This document shows positions 42,398 to 50,163 of a stretch of DNA of 50,295 nucleotides, one piece after another. A program made the position numbers and the translations under genes. The notes under the pieces are model-generated. The model did not search any database, was not told the origin of the DNA, and worked only from the letters and a program-made list of their open reading frames with translations. The first letter of the stretch is position 1. Each line of letters opens with the position of its first letter. Source of the DNA: a virus; the IMG/VR virus record IMGVR_UViG_3300045988_134262, one strand, 5' to 3'.

Positions 42398-42413
42398 AAA
42401 GGAGGTATTAATC

Positions 42414-42674
42414 ATGAATTTAGATTTTTTAACTAATTATTTAGTTTGTGTGATTGTTGGTATTTGCTTATGTGTTGGGTTTGTCATTAAAACAAGCATT
42501 CCAAAGATTGATAACAAATATATTCCATTGATTATGGCAATTTTAGGAATTATATTAAATGTATGGATAAATATGAGTTTCACACCCGATATTATATTAG
42601 GTGGCTTATTCAGTGGTTTAGCATCAACAGGATTACATCAAGCATTTACGCAAATAATCAATAAAGAAGAATAG
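42414..42674 (+). CDS. Holin, copy B
   Basis: Two TM helices. GLASTGLHQAFT is shared with 24374..24640. Confidence 0.7.
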   Translation: MNLDFLTNYLVCVIVGICLCVGFVIKTSIPKIDNKYIPLIMAILGIILNVWINMSFTPDIILGGLFSGLASTGLHQAFTQIINKEE

Positions 42675-42684
42675 AGGTATTCTT

Positions 42685-42945
42685 ATGAATGAAGCACAGT
42701 TTGTTGGAAATGTTATTCTAGCATTGATTACATTAGGATCTTTTGTTGCAATTATCAATAAATTTACGCAACCTATTAATGAATTAAAAATAGTAATTGA
42801 AAAATTGAATAGTTGTATTGAACACATTAAAGAAGATGAAGCAGTACAGAATAAAAGATTAGAAAAGCATGGAATGGAAATTGATGATTTAAAAACACGT
42901 ATTGGAAAAGTTGAAACAAAATTAGAAGTTACTAGCGAGGAGTAG
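42685..42945 (+). CDS. XhlA-like lysis protein, copy B
   Basis: A TM helix is followed by the coiled coil RLEKHGMEIDDLKTRIGKVE. Paralog of 24641..24856. Confidence 0.6.
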   Translation: MNEAQFVGNVILALITLGSFVAIINKFTQPINELKIVIEKLNSCIEHIKEDEAVQNKRLEKHGMEIDDLKTRIGKVETKLEVTSEE

Positions 42946-42967
42946 TTATATAACTGCTCCTTTTTTT
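42939..42967 (+). terminator. Rho-independent terminator ending the rightward late operon
   Basis: GGAGTAGT-tatata-ACTGCTCC followed by T7. Confidence 0.7.
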
Positions 42968-43030
42968 ACGATTGAAAAAAACGTGGACGAAAACATTTAC
43001 GATTGAATTTATACTCATTTTTAATCACAT

Positions 43031-43061
43031 TTAAAAAAATAAGGTGATTCCTCACCTTATT
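43031..43061 (-). terminator. Terminator of the leftward early unit
   Basis: AATAAGGTGA-ttcc-TCACCTTATT is a perfect 10-bp stem. The A-run on the + strand gives a T-run on the - strand. Confidence 0.7.
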
Positions 43062-43368
43062 CAAAATATCCTTCTTCTTTTAATTGCTTTCTTACTGCAT
43101 TCATAAGTTTTCTATAAGTAAGGATTGAACCATCTTCAAGTTCTAGTTCATCACAATCATTAAGATATAAATTAGCATTAATATGAAAGTCGGAGTAATC
43201 TGCTAAAATATAGCGGACGTCTCCTTTCATTGACTTGCTATCTCTTCCTGTTTCTTCAAGATATTCAGACCAGGTTTTAATTCCCAAATCTTTATAATAT
43301 CCATCTAAATCACTTTTTACATCTTCCACTACTAATTTAGTTGCTAATTCAAATTTATTCATATTCAT
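43057..43368 (-). CDS. Hypothetical acidic protein
   Basis: Minus-strand ORF with the conserved leader and promoter copy 6. Confidence 0.6.
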   Translation of the reverse strand: MNMNKFELATKLVVEDVKSDLDGYYKDLGIKTWSEYLEETGRDSKSMKGDVRYILADYSDFHINANLYLNDCDELELEDGSILTYRKLMNAVRKQLKEEGYFE

Positions 43369-43391
43369 TTACCTCTTTTCTTTACAAGTAT

Positions 43392-43420
43392 ATTATATAT
43401 GTAATACATATAAAAGTCAA
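43392..43420 (-). promoter_or_regulatory. Conserved early promoter copy 6 (minus strand, TTGACT-17-TATAAT) with ATGTATTACAT in the spacer
   Basis: The reverse complement was read directly. Its spacer is identical to that of copy 8. Confidence 0.65.
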
Positions 43421-43464
43421 CAACATTTTGAATATTTCTTAGAATTTTCATTATATGAAAAAAT

Positions 43465-43490
43465 GGTGTTTATAGTGTTATCGCTTCACT
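43465..43490 (-). repeat. 28-bp conserved element copy 2 (minus strand: AGTGAAGCGATAACACTATAAACACC)
   Basis: Begins 5 nt after the stop of the minus-strand gene 43496..43813. Confidence 0.7.
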
Positions 43491-43495
43491 TTTTA

Positions 43496-43813
43496 CTAGT
43501 CCTTATAATCAAGTAATACTGGAGAAATTCCACAATGCTTACAATATGCTTTATATCCTTTATAACAGACTTTCATAATAGGTGCTACTATTTCATCTAA
43601 TTCGTTGTATTCCTTCTTTAGCGTTCTATATTCGTAGTTTTTTACGCATTCACAAATACTTGTATCACGCACTAAGTCTTTTATCTCATTGTTTAGATTC
43701 TCAAGTAATGCTAGACAATTACTGAACATTTTAAAGTCATATACTTGTAATTTATAATGATCATTAATGCTTGCCCTTGATTTTTTCACCATTGTTAAAT
43801 TTACATTATTCAT
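43496..43813 (-). CDS. Hypothetical protein, family B paralog
   Basis: See 8886..9254. Contains KEYNELDEIVAPIMKVCYKGYKAYCKHC. Confidence 0.6.
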   Translation of the reverse strand: MNNVNLTMVKKSRASINDHYKLQVYDFKMFSNCLALLENLNNEIKDLVRDTSICECVKNYEYRTLKKEYNELDEIVAPIMKVCYKGYKAYCKHCGISPVLLDYKD

Positions 43814-44022
43814 TATTCAATCACCTCATATTTATTTTTCTTAACGTATGTTTTTGATGTTAAACTTCTAACTCTAAAGTCTGCTTCTTCTGTATTCAAC
43901 CACTTATAAGCATCTTCTAAATTATCAAACTTTTTAGCGTATCCATGCCATTTTCCAAATTCAAACTTTTCAGATACTCCATACACAAATCCATTCTTTT
44001 TGAAATAAGTTTCTACTTTCAT
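43813..44022 (-). CDS. Hypothetical protein
   Basis: Minus-strand ORF behind promoter copy 7. Confidence 0.55.
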   Translation of the reverse strand: MKVETYFKKNGFVYGVSEKFEFGKWHGYAKKFDNLEDAYKWLNTEEADFRVRSLTSKTYVKKNKYEVIE

Positions 44023-44058
44023 ATTCTTTTCTCCTTTCCTATTTCACTTTACGAATAC

Positions 44059-44087
44059 ATTATACTATATGTGATACACATAATCAA
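44059..44087 (-). promoter_or_regulatory. Conserved early promoter copy 7 (minus strand, TTGATT-17-TATAAT) with GTGTATCACAT in the spacer
   Basis: The reverse complement was read directly. It is divergent from copy 8. Confidence 0.6.
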
Positions 44088-44152
44088 TCCTTTTTGTAAC
44101 ATTTTCTATTATTTTCATTTTATGAAAATATCAAAATTAAGCATAAATGTGC

Positions 44153-44181
44153 TTGACTTTTATATGTATTACATATATAAT
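44153..44181 (+). promoter_or_regulatory. Conserved early promoter copy 8 (TTGACT-17-TATAAT) with ATGTATTACAT in the spacer
   Basis: Read directly. Confidence 0.65.
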
Positions 44182-44211
44182 AAAGGTGTAGTAAGAAAGG
44201 GGTAAAAGAAT

Positions 44212-44346
44212 ATGACAAGAGAAGAAATGGATAAACTTAATGTTGGAGATAAAGTGGAAGTAAAAACATATAATACAACAACATCAGCGAAAGTAAACGG
44301 ATTTACTGAAACACTAGATAATGAATTGACTAGATTATGCAAATAA
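44212..44346 (+). CDS. Small hypothetical protein (44 aa)
   Basis: Conserved leader AAGGGGTAAAAGAATATG. Too short for the supplied ORF track. Confidence 0.45.
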   Translation: MTREEMDKLNVGDKVEVKTYNTTTSAKVNGFTETLDNELTRLCK

Positions 44347-44382
44347 AACTACTGATTTAAATGATGACCTATTAAAAAATAG

Positions 44383-44410
44383 AGTGAAGCGATAACACAA
44401 AAAACACTAA
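44383..44410 (+). repeat. 28-bp conserved element copy 3 (AGTGAAGCGATAACACAAAAAACACTAA)
   Basis: Read directly. Confidence 0.7.
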
Positions 44411-44428
44411 ACTTTTTTACAAAAACAC

Positions 44429-44457
44429 TTGTATATATGTATCACATATGATATAAT
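44429..44457 (+). promoter_or_regulatory. Conserved early promoter copy 9 (TTGTAT-17-TATAAT) with ATGTATCACAT in the spacer
   Basis: Read directly. Confidence 0.65.
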
Positions 44458-44487
44458 TTACTTGTAAAGGAAAGAGGGTACAAGAAA

Positions 44488-44685
44488 ATGATTGAAAATT
44501 TATATGCATATCTTATGAATACAAAAGAGAATGAAATTATTATCAGAACATCGCACGTAAAAGGATGTTGGGACGATAATGAGTTCGATGCTAACAAGGC
44601 AGGATTCAACATTGCAAGATTCATCAATCCAGAATATAAAGCAAAGAATGAATTTTCCGAATGTTACAAATTGACAAGAAGATGA
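44488..44685 (+). CDS. Hypothetical protein
   Basis: Single-gene cassette between promoter copy 9 and a terminator. Confidence 0.55.
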   Translation: MIENLYAYLMNTKENEIIIRTSHVKGCWDDNEFDANKAGFNIARFINPEYKAKNEFSECYKLTRR

Positions 44686-44692
44686 ATAAAAG

Positions 44693-44716
44693 GCACTCAA
44701 TAAAGAGTGCTTTTTA
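44693..44716 (+). terminator. Rho-independent terminator
   Basis: GCACTC-aataaa-GAGTGC followed by a T-run. Confidence 0.7.
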
Positions 44717-44750
44717 TTATCAAAAAAATTAAAAAATCACAAAAAATATA

Positions 44751-44779
44751 TTGACATTATATGTGATACATAGTATAAT
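44751..44779 (+). promoter_or_regulatory. Conserved early promoter copy 10 (TTGACA-17-TATAAT) with ATGTGATACAT in the spacer
   Basis: Consensus -35 and -10. Bases 44766-44817 are identical to 8843-8894. Confidence 0.75.
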
Positions 44780-44808
44780 AAATATGTAAAGAAGAGAGGT
44801 AAACGAAT

Positions 44809-45300
44809 ATGAAAACATTTAATGAATCAATGATTAACAATTATAAGGAATTTAATAACAAAGGTAGTTTTGAAATTGAAGGATACATGGTAAAATTCAA
44901 TAACAATACAAAAGAATTAGAAACTGAATATCCATTCGCTAGTGATTTGCGAGTTTGGTGGTTTGGATTAGAAAAAGAAGAAAAAGAAGATAAAAGAGCA
45001 GAACTAATCAAGGAACAGGGATTCGAGGAAATAACAGAAGAAGCAATCAATAAATTAGAAAATATGACAACTAAAAGTGCTAAATTTACACTTGATAGAA
45101 TGCAGAAATATAATCGCAGAATATTCAAGAAAGATAATTTAGTGATTGTACATGGTCAGTGCTATGTAACTGCTAAGGAATTAAAACAGTTAGAAAAGGT
45201 TTACGGTTGTGAAACAAAAGATGCTCAAATCTACTTTGATGAAATCGGAATGATACGTGTATGGAATAAATTATCTAGAGAAGCATGGACTAATAAATAA
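44809..45300 (+). CDS. Hypothetical protein
   Basis: Single-gene cassette. Confidence 0.55.
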   Translation: MKTFNESMINNYKEFNNKGSFEIEGYMVKFNNNTKELETEYPFASDLRVWWFGLEKEEKEDKRAELIKEQGFEEITEEAINKLENMTTKSAKFTLDRMQKYNRRIFKKDNLVIVHGQCYVTAKELKQLEKVYGCETKDAQIYFDEIGMIRVWNKLSREAWTNK

Positions 45301-45364
45301 CAGGAGGGTCGGAAAACCGACCTTCCCAATATATTAAAATAAATAAAAAAGTTATCATATGTAC

Positions 45365-45393
45365 TTGATATTTATATGTAATACATATATAAT
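45365..45393 (+). promoter_or_regulatory. Conserved early promoter copy 11 (TTGATA-17-TATAAT) with TATATGTAATACATATA in the spacer
   Basis: Read directly. This copy has the longest perfect dyad (8-1-8). Confidence 0.7.
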
Positions 45394-45437
45394 ATACTTG
45401 TAGAAAGAAAAGAGTAAACCTCTAAGGAGATAAAATT

Positions 45438-45950
45438 ATGAGCATGAAAAAAATCAGAGAAGTATCAAGAAATATGTCAGTTGAAGAAATAAGAGAAGAT
45501 GTGGAAAGAATTAAAATTGAATTTCCACAATTAGAATCTAATTGTGATTCAATTAATTTCGATAGACCAAAAGGTGCTATCAACAGAGAGTATAAGTTTC
45601 TTCTTGAAGATGTAAAAAGTTTAGAAGATACTGATATTCAAGACTTCTATAAATTTAAAGATTGCCAAGATAGATTAGACAATCTAAAAAAATTAGTTTC
45701 TAATTATTGGGAATGTGATGTAAGTGATTTTGGAGAAGCACTTGCAACAAATAGAGAATTGGCAGAAAAAGAATATGCTTCATTAAAAAAGACATATGAA
45801 GATTTAAGAGAAGCATTAAAGCCAATCATGAAAGATTCTTATAAAGGTTATAAGGCTCATTGCGAGTTTTGCAGAATTCCTTATAGTCATTATGAGGAAT
45901 TTGAAGAAGTAAACGAAGAAGATTTATTTGCTTCAATATTAGGAATGTAG
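45438..45950 (+). CDS. Hypothetical protein, family B paralog (longer N-terminus)
   Basis: Contains KKTYEDLREALKPIMKDSYKGYKAHCEFC. Confidence 0.6.
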   Translation: MSMKKIREVSRNMSVEEIREDVERIKIEFPQLESNCDSINFDRPKGAINREYKFLLEDVKSLEDTDIQDFYKFKDCQDRLDNLKKLVSNYWECDVSDFGEALATNRELAEKEYASLKKTYEDLREALKPIMKDSYKGYKAHCEFCRIPYSHYEEFEEVNEEDLFASILGM

Positions 45951-45963
45951 GGAGGTATCAAGC

Positions 45964-46149
45964 ATGAAAAAATTAAGATTTAAAAAATGGGTAACAAACC
46001 TACTTCTTACAGTTAATTTTATAATCTGCGTTATGATGTTAACTATTCAAGATTTTGATCTATGTTTTACATCATTATTGTTTATGATTGGTATGCCAAT
46101 AATCTTTTTGATTAACTCATATCTTTTAATTGAATACGGAGGAATATAA
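45964..46149 (+). CDS. Small membrane protein
   Basis: Two hydrophobic helices. Confidence 0.5.
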   Translation: MKKLRFKKWVTNLLLTVNFIICVMMLTIQDFDLCFTSLLFMIGMPIIFLINSYLLIEYGGI

Positions 46150-46150
46150 T

Positions 46151-46456
46151 ATGGAATACAGCGATAAAGAAGTGAATGCTATAATCTTTACAGAAAAATA
46201 TAAATACTATAAAGATTATGTAGAACGATTAGAAAAGGATTATGATGGTCTTTTAGATGAAATAGAAGACTTAGAAAAGCAAATCAAAAAACTAAAATAT
46301 GAAAATAGAAATCTAAAGAAGCAAAATAAAGAATACAAAAAAAGCGGTATTCTAAATGATGCAGATGCTCAAAGATATAGAGAAATGTGTATCAGTCAAA
46401 AAAAGAAAATAAATGAATTAAAATTGCTATTAAGAGTAGAAAGATCAAAGCACTAA
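46151..46456 (+). CDS. Coiled-coil hypothetical protein
   Basis: GGAGG RBS before the ATG at 46151. K/E-rich with heptad-like spacing. Confidence 0.5.
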   Translation: MEYSDKEVNAIIFTEKYKYYKDYVERLEKDYDGLLDEIEDLEKQIKKLKYENRNLKKQNKEYKKSGILNDADAQRYREMCISQKKKINELKLLLRVERSKH

Positions 46457-46472
46457 AATAGTGCTTTTTTTA
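46449..46472 (+). terminator. Rho-independent terminator
   Basis: AAGCACT-aaaat-AGTGCTT followed by a T-run. Confidence 0.75.
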
Positions 46473-46505
46473 TTGAAAAAAATTATAAAAATTTGCTATA
46501 TGCGC

Positions 46506-46534
46506 TTGATTATATATGTATTACATAGTATAAT
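46506..46534 (+). promoter_or_regulatory. Conserved early promoter copy 12 (TTGATT-17-TATAAT) with ATGTATTACAT in the spacer
   Basis: Read directly. Confidence 0.7.
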
Positions 46535-46578
46535 ATACTTGTAAAGAGAAGAGGGCAAACCCCTAAAGGAGATCAATT

Positions 46579-46887
46579 ATGACAGACGAAGAACTATTAC
46601 ATAGAATGACGTTCAAAGAAGTAAATGAAATTAGAAAAGACTTGCAAGATAAGTTAGAAATGGTATTATTTAAAAATAATCTTGGAATTAGAATTGCAAG
46701 GGTGCAGTTTGAAGATGAAAAATTAAATATCAATCAAATTTACCCTGTAGAGTTTAAACTAACAATTATGAGTATTGTTGGATTAGATACCTACGCTATG
46801 AGAAGACTTACAAATGCATTAAATGAAATTCGTGCAGAAATAGAAGTAGTAAATAAAGAGTACGAAGGATATACTTTTGTATTTTAG
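46579..46887 (+). CDS. Hypothetical protein
   Basis: Single-gene cassette. Confidence 0.55.
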   Translation: MTDEELLHRMTFKEVNEIRKDLQDKLEMVLFKNNLGIRIARVQFEDEKLNINQIYPVEFKLTIMSIVGLDTYAMRRLTNALNEIRAEIEVVNKEYEGYTFVF

Positions 46888-46915
46888 GAGTGTTAAATCA
46901 CTCCTTTTATTTTTT
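46886..46915 (+). terminator. Rho-independent terminator
   Basis: AGGAGTG-ttaaat-CACTCCT followed by a T-run. Confidence 0.75.
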
Positions 46916-46936
46916 CTAAAAAAGTTTAAAAAAGGC

Positions 46937-46965
46937 TTGATTATATGTAGTACATATAGTATAAT
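46937..46965 (+). promoter_or_regulatory. Conserved early promoter copy 13 (TTGATT-17-TATAAT) with ATGTAGTACAT in the spacer
   Basis: Read directly. Confidence 0.7.
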
Positions 46966-47009
46966 ATACTTGTAGAAAGAAAAGGGTAACCCCCTAAGGA
47001 GAAAAGAAT

Positions 47010-47603
47010 ATGAATACTTACAGAGTTAATAATGATTACATCATGGTAGTAGGAGAAGGAAAAAAAGAAAACGCAGACATCTTATGTTGTTTATATGATT
47101 TAAGTGTTGGTAAGAAACCAACATTAAATACATTAGATTATTTAAAATTAATTCCTAATTTTGAAATAATTAATTTTAATGAAATCAAAAATAAAAACTT
47201 TGATGGAAGATTATGTTGGATAATTCAAAGTGGAATCGCATTTATTGCTGATACTCATACATATGTTGAAATCCTTAAAAATGAGGATTTGAAAGAAATC
47301 AAACCTTTCAATGTAGTAAAAACTTATAGTGATGTTGGTAGCGTAAAAATTGGAAATGATAGTTTTCAATTTAATATTCCTAATGGTTATGGAGATGGAT
47401 ATACAGATGTATTGATTTCTGATACACCAACAGAAGCACCAACCAATGCTGAATATGTTATGCATATTGATGGAGATTTCAATATTTACTCATATGATTG
47501 TGATGCAAGTGATATAGCACATACATTACATGGAGCATATTATGTATTTTCACAAAGAGATGTCAAAGCATCTCATGGAAAAGTGTGGTTTATAAAAGAG
47601 TGA
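47010..47603 (+). CDS. Hypothetical protein
   Basis: Single-gene cassette. Confidence 0.55.
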   Translation: MNTYRVNNDYIMVVGEGKKENADILCCLYDLSVGKKPTLNTLDYLKLIPNFEIINFNEIKNKNFDGRLCWIIQSGIAFIADTHTYVEILKNEDLKEIKPFNVVKTYSDVGSVKIGNDSFQFNIPNGYGDGYTDVLISDTPTEAPTNAEYVMHIDGDFNIYSYDCDASDIAHTLHGAYYVFSQRDVKASHGKVWFIKE

Positions 47604-47617
47604 TAGCACTCTTTTAT
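47595..47617 (+). terminator. Rho-independent terminator
   Basis: AAAGAGTG-atag-CACTCTTT followed by TAT. It overlaps the stop codon. Confidence 0.65.
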
Positions 47618-47652
47618 AACTGCAAAAAGATTAAAAAAATTTAAAAAAAGTA

Positions 47653-47681
47653 TTGACTTTTCTATGTATTACATATTTAAT
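47653..47681 (+). promoter_or_regulatory. Conserved early promoter copy 14 (TTGACT-17-TTTAAT) with ATGTATTACAT in the spacer
   Basis: Read directly. The -10 is imperfect. Confidence 0.55.
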
Positions 47682-47711
47682 TATAAATGTAATAAGAGAG
47701 AGGTAAACAAA

Positions 47712-48107
47712 ATGGAAAAAGTAAGAATGAATAAAATCTGTTATCATGAGTACACAATAGAGAAAATGAGCAAAACAAGAGAATTCTATCATTTCAATGA
47801 TAGAAATTCTAAAGGAGAAAGAATTGAAATTGAATTTACAAAGATTGAAAATGACTACAAAGGACATTTGATAAACCTATGGTATAAAGAAGGTTTTATT
47901 AAAGAAAAATTAGAAAATTATTGGCATGTTGAAGTATATGTCTATGATGAAAAAGGAAATTGTTGTGGAAAGTATAATCCACAAATTTTAACACATGGAA
48001 CAAAAATCAATTTTGATTGGATTCTTGAAGCAACAAAAGAAAATAAAAAACGAATTTTAAATGAAATCATAAAAAGAACTTATGATTGCGAAATTAAAAA
48101 CAAATAA
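47712..48107 (+). CDS. Hypothetical protein
   Basis: Start at the ATG behind the conserved leader GAGAGGTAAACAAAATG. Confidence 0.55.
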   Translation: MEKVRMNKICYHEYTIEKMSKTREFYHFNDRNSKGERIEIEFTKIENDYKGHLINLWYKEGFIKEKLENYWHVEVYVYDEKGNCCGKYNPQILTHGTKINFDWILEATKENKKRILNEIIKRTYDCEIKNK

Positions 48108-48112
48108 AAATC

Positions 48113-48140
48113 AAGTGAAGCGATAACACTTAAAACACTC
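48113..48140 (+). repeat. 28-bp conserved element copy 4 (AAGTGAAGCGATAACACTTAAAACACTC)
   Basis: Begins 6 nt after the stop codon and precedes the RBS of the exonuclease gene. Confidence 0.7.
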
Positions 48141-48165
48141 ATTATAAAAGGAGGAAAAAGAAGAA

Positions 48166-49062
48166 ATGAAAATTACAAACAAAATGGGATTGCCTAAACC
48201 TCTTGTTGATGCAGTTACAAGGGAATATGAGTATAAGCCTAAGCAATACAGCGTTACGGCTTTACTAAAAGGTGCGTGTCAAAATGTACTTGAAAGAAGA
48301 TATGCGAATTGCATTGAACAAGATGTATCTGATATGATATGGGCGATTTTTGGTAGTGCCGTTCATAGTATTCTTGAGAACTCTCAAGAAGAGGATTTTC
48401 AATTAAAAGAGAATTATCTTATTGTTGACATCAACGGATATAAATTAAGTGGAATCTTTGATTTATATGATGAAGAAACTAAAACAGTAACTGATTATAA
48501 AACTGCATCATGTTGGAAGGTAATTTATAATGACTGGGAAGACTATAGAAAGCAGTTATTGATGTATGCATGGATGCTTAAAAAAATCGGTTTTGAATGT
48601 GATAAAGGCGAAATAGTCGCTTTCTTAAAGGATCATTCAAAAACAAAAGCAAAACTTGATAGCAGTTACCCTCAACTACCTGTTTATAAAGTGCAATTTG
48701 AATTTACTGAAAAGGATTTTGAATATATTGAAAAATGGATCATTGAAAGATTTATTGATATTTCAGTTGCAGAAAATACTGATACAGAAAAATTAGAACC
48801 ATGCAATGAGGAACAAAGATGGTTTACAGGCAATAAATATGCAGTGATGAAAAAGGGCAGTAAAAGAGCAATGAGAGTAGTTGACAGTGAAGAAGAAGCA
48901 ATAAATTACATGGATTGGAAAGGAGTAAATGACGATAAACATTACATAGAGAAACGTGAAGGAGAAAACAAGAAATGTGAAGAATACTGCAATGTTGCTC
49001 AATATTGCCCATTCTATAGAAAATTAAAAGGATTAGATGAAGGAGAAAAAGAAAATGATTAA
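48166..49062 (+). CDS. PD-(D/E)XK exonuclease, Cas4/RecB-like with Fe-S cysteines
   Basis: GSAVHSILE, GIFDLYD and VTDYKT are the nuclease motifs. One N-terminal Cys (GACQ) plus the C-terminal CEEYCNVAQYC follow the Cas4-type pattern. Confidence 0.75.
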   Translation: MKITNKMGLPKPLVDAVTREYEYKPKQYSVTALLKGACQNVLERRYANCIEQDVSDMIWAIFGSAVHSILENSQEEDFQLKENYLIVDINGYKLSGIFDLYDEETKTVTDYKTASCWKVIYNDWEDYRKQLLMYAWMLKKIGFECDKGEIVAFLKDHSKTKAKLDSSYPQLPVYKVQFEFTEKDFEYIEKWIIERFIDISVAENTDTEKLEPCNEEQRWFTGNKYAVMKKGSKRAMRVVDSEEEAINYMDWKGVNDDKHYIEKREGENKKCEEYCNVAQYCPFYRKLKGLDEGEKEND

Positions 49063-49456
49063 AAGACAGGATTTAATTAATGATATTTTAGATGTATATG
49101 ATTATATTGATGTATTAGAAATGGAAAACGAGAAGTTGCAGAATGCCGTTCCTAAAATTAGAAGCGCAGAAAAAAGCGTATCTTCTATTGATAAAATTAT
49201 GATTGAAAAAGGTAAAGAAGAAATCTTTAAAGATGTTTTTAGAAATTGGAACAAGGTGAAGTGCAATTATAACGAAGATACGGAAAAATATGAGTTTACA
49301 CCATTCAATAAATGGCTTAAACATAAACTTGAAATGGACTATATGCCTAAAACCCTTTCATTTGAAGATTTTGTTTGTTACTTTAAACATGAACTACAAG
49401 AAAAATATACAAAAGAAAAAGAAGAAGCATTAAAAGAAGCAAAGGAGAATGAGTAA
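49055..49456 (+). CDS. Hypothetical protein
   Basis: GGAG RBS. Overlaps the exonuclease gene end by 8 nt. Confidence 0.5.
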   Translation: MIKRQDLINDILDVYDYIDVLEMENEKLQNAVPKIRSAEKSVSSIDKIMIEKGKEEIFKDVFRNWNKVKCNYNEDTEKYEFTPFNKWLKHKLEMDYMPKTLSFEDFVCYFKHELQEKYTKEKEEALKEAKENE

Positions 49457-50163
49457 TGGAGGAAAAAATCAGTATTTTTTCTAAATTGTTATCAATTCAA
49501 AATGAGTTAAAAGCACCAAAGAATCAATATAATAAATTTGGAAAATATAACTATAGAAGTTGTGAAGATATTTTGGAAGCAATCAAGCCGTTATGCTTGA
49601 AATATGGAGCAGTGTTATTGGTTGATGATTATGTTGAACAGGTAGGAGAACGCTTTTATATTAAGGCAAAAGCAAGTCTTATTGATATTGAGACAGAACA
49701 AGAAATATATGCTTGTGCATATGCTAGAGAAAGCGAAAGCAAAAAAGGTATGGACAGCGCTCAAGTGACAGGTGCAACGAGTTCATATGCTAGAAAATAC
49801 GCTTTGAATGGTTTATTCTGTATTGACGATACAAAAGACGTTGATACTCAAGAATATCAAGAAAAAAAGCAGATGAATAACAATCAATCAAAAAACGTTG
49901 ATAATTTTGAAAGAGTAAAAAATGCTAACTATTATGAGCAAGTAGGAATTGAGCAAGCAACATTATTAGGTGAAATTGATAAAAGATTAGAGGAGTTGCT
50001 TAAATTAGGTGTTGATGTAAAAAGCGAAGGTGCATTGCATTTTATCAATAAGTTTAATAATGGCAAAAATGATATTAATACAATGACACAAGCAGAAAGA
50101 TTTAACTATAAGAATGTATTGGATAAGATGATTGAAATTAAAATGAAGGAGGATAAGAAATGA
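49456..50163 (+). CDS. erf: ERF-family single-strand annealing protein
   Basis: [41 protein letters not shown] and [17 protein letters not shown] are typical ERF blocks. Confidence 0.8.
   Translation: MEEKISIFSKLLSIQNELKAPKNQYNKFGKYNYRSCEDILEAIKPLCLKYGAVLLVDDYVEQVGERFYIKAKASLIDIETEQEIYACAYARESESKKGMDSAQVTGATSSYARKYALNGLFCIDDTKDVDTQEYQEKKQMNNNQSKNVDNFERVKNANYYEQVGIEQATLLGEIDKRLEELLKLGVDVKSEGALHFINKFNNGKNDINTMTQAERFNYKNVLDKMIEIKMKEDKK

Noticed and set aside
42965-43007. 12-bp direct repeat TTTACGATTGAA (42965-42976 and 42996-43007) between the convergent terminators
   Set aside because: There are only two short copies in an AT-rich spacer, which is too little evidence for an attP core or binding site.
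45303-45326. G/C-rich 10-bp hairpin (GGAGGGTCGG-aaaa-CCGACCTTCC) after 44809..45300, considered as a terminator
   Set aside because: No U-tract follows it. It may still be a stabilising 3' hairpin, but it is not called as a terminator.
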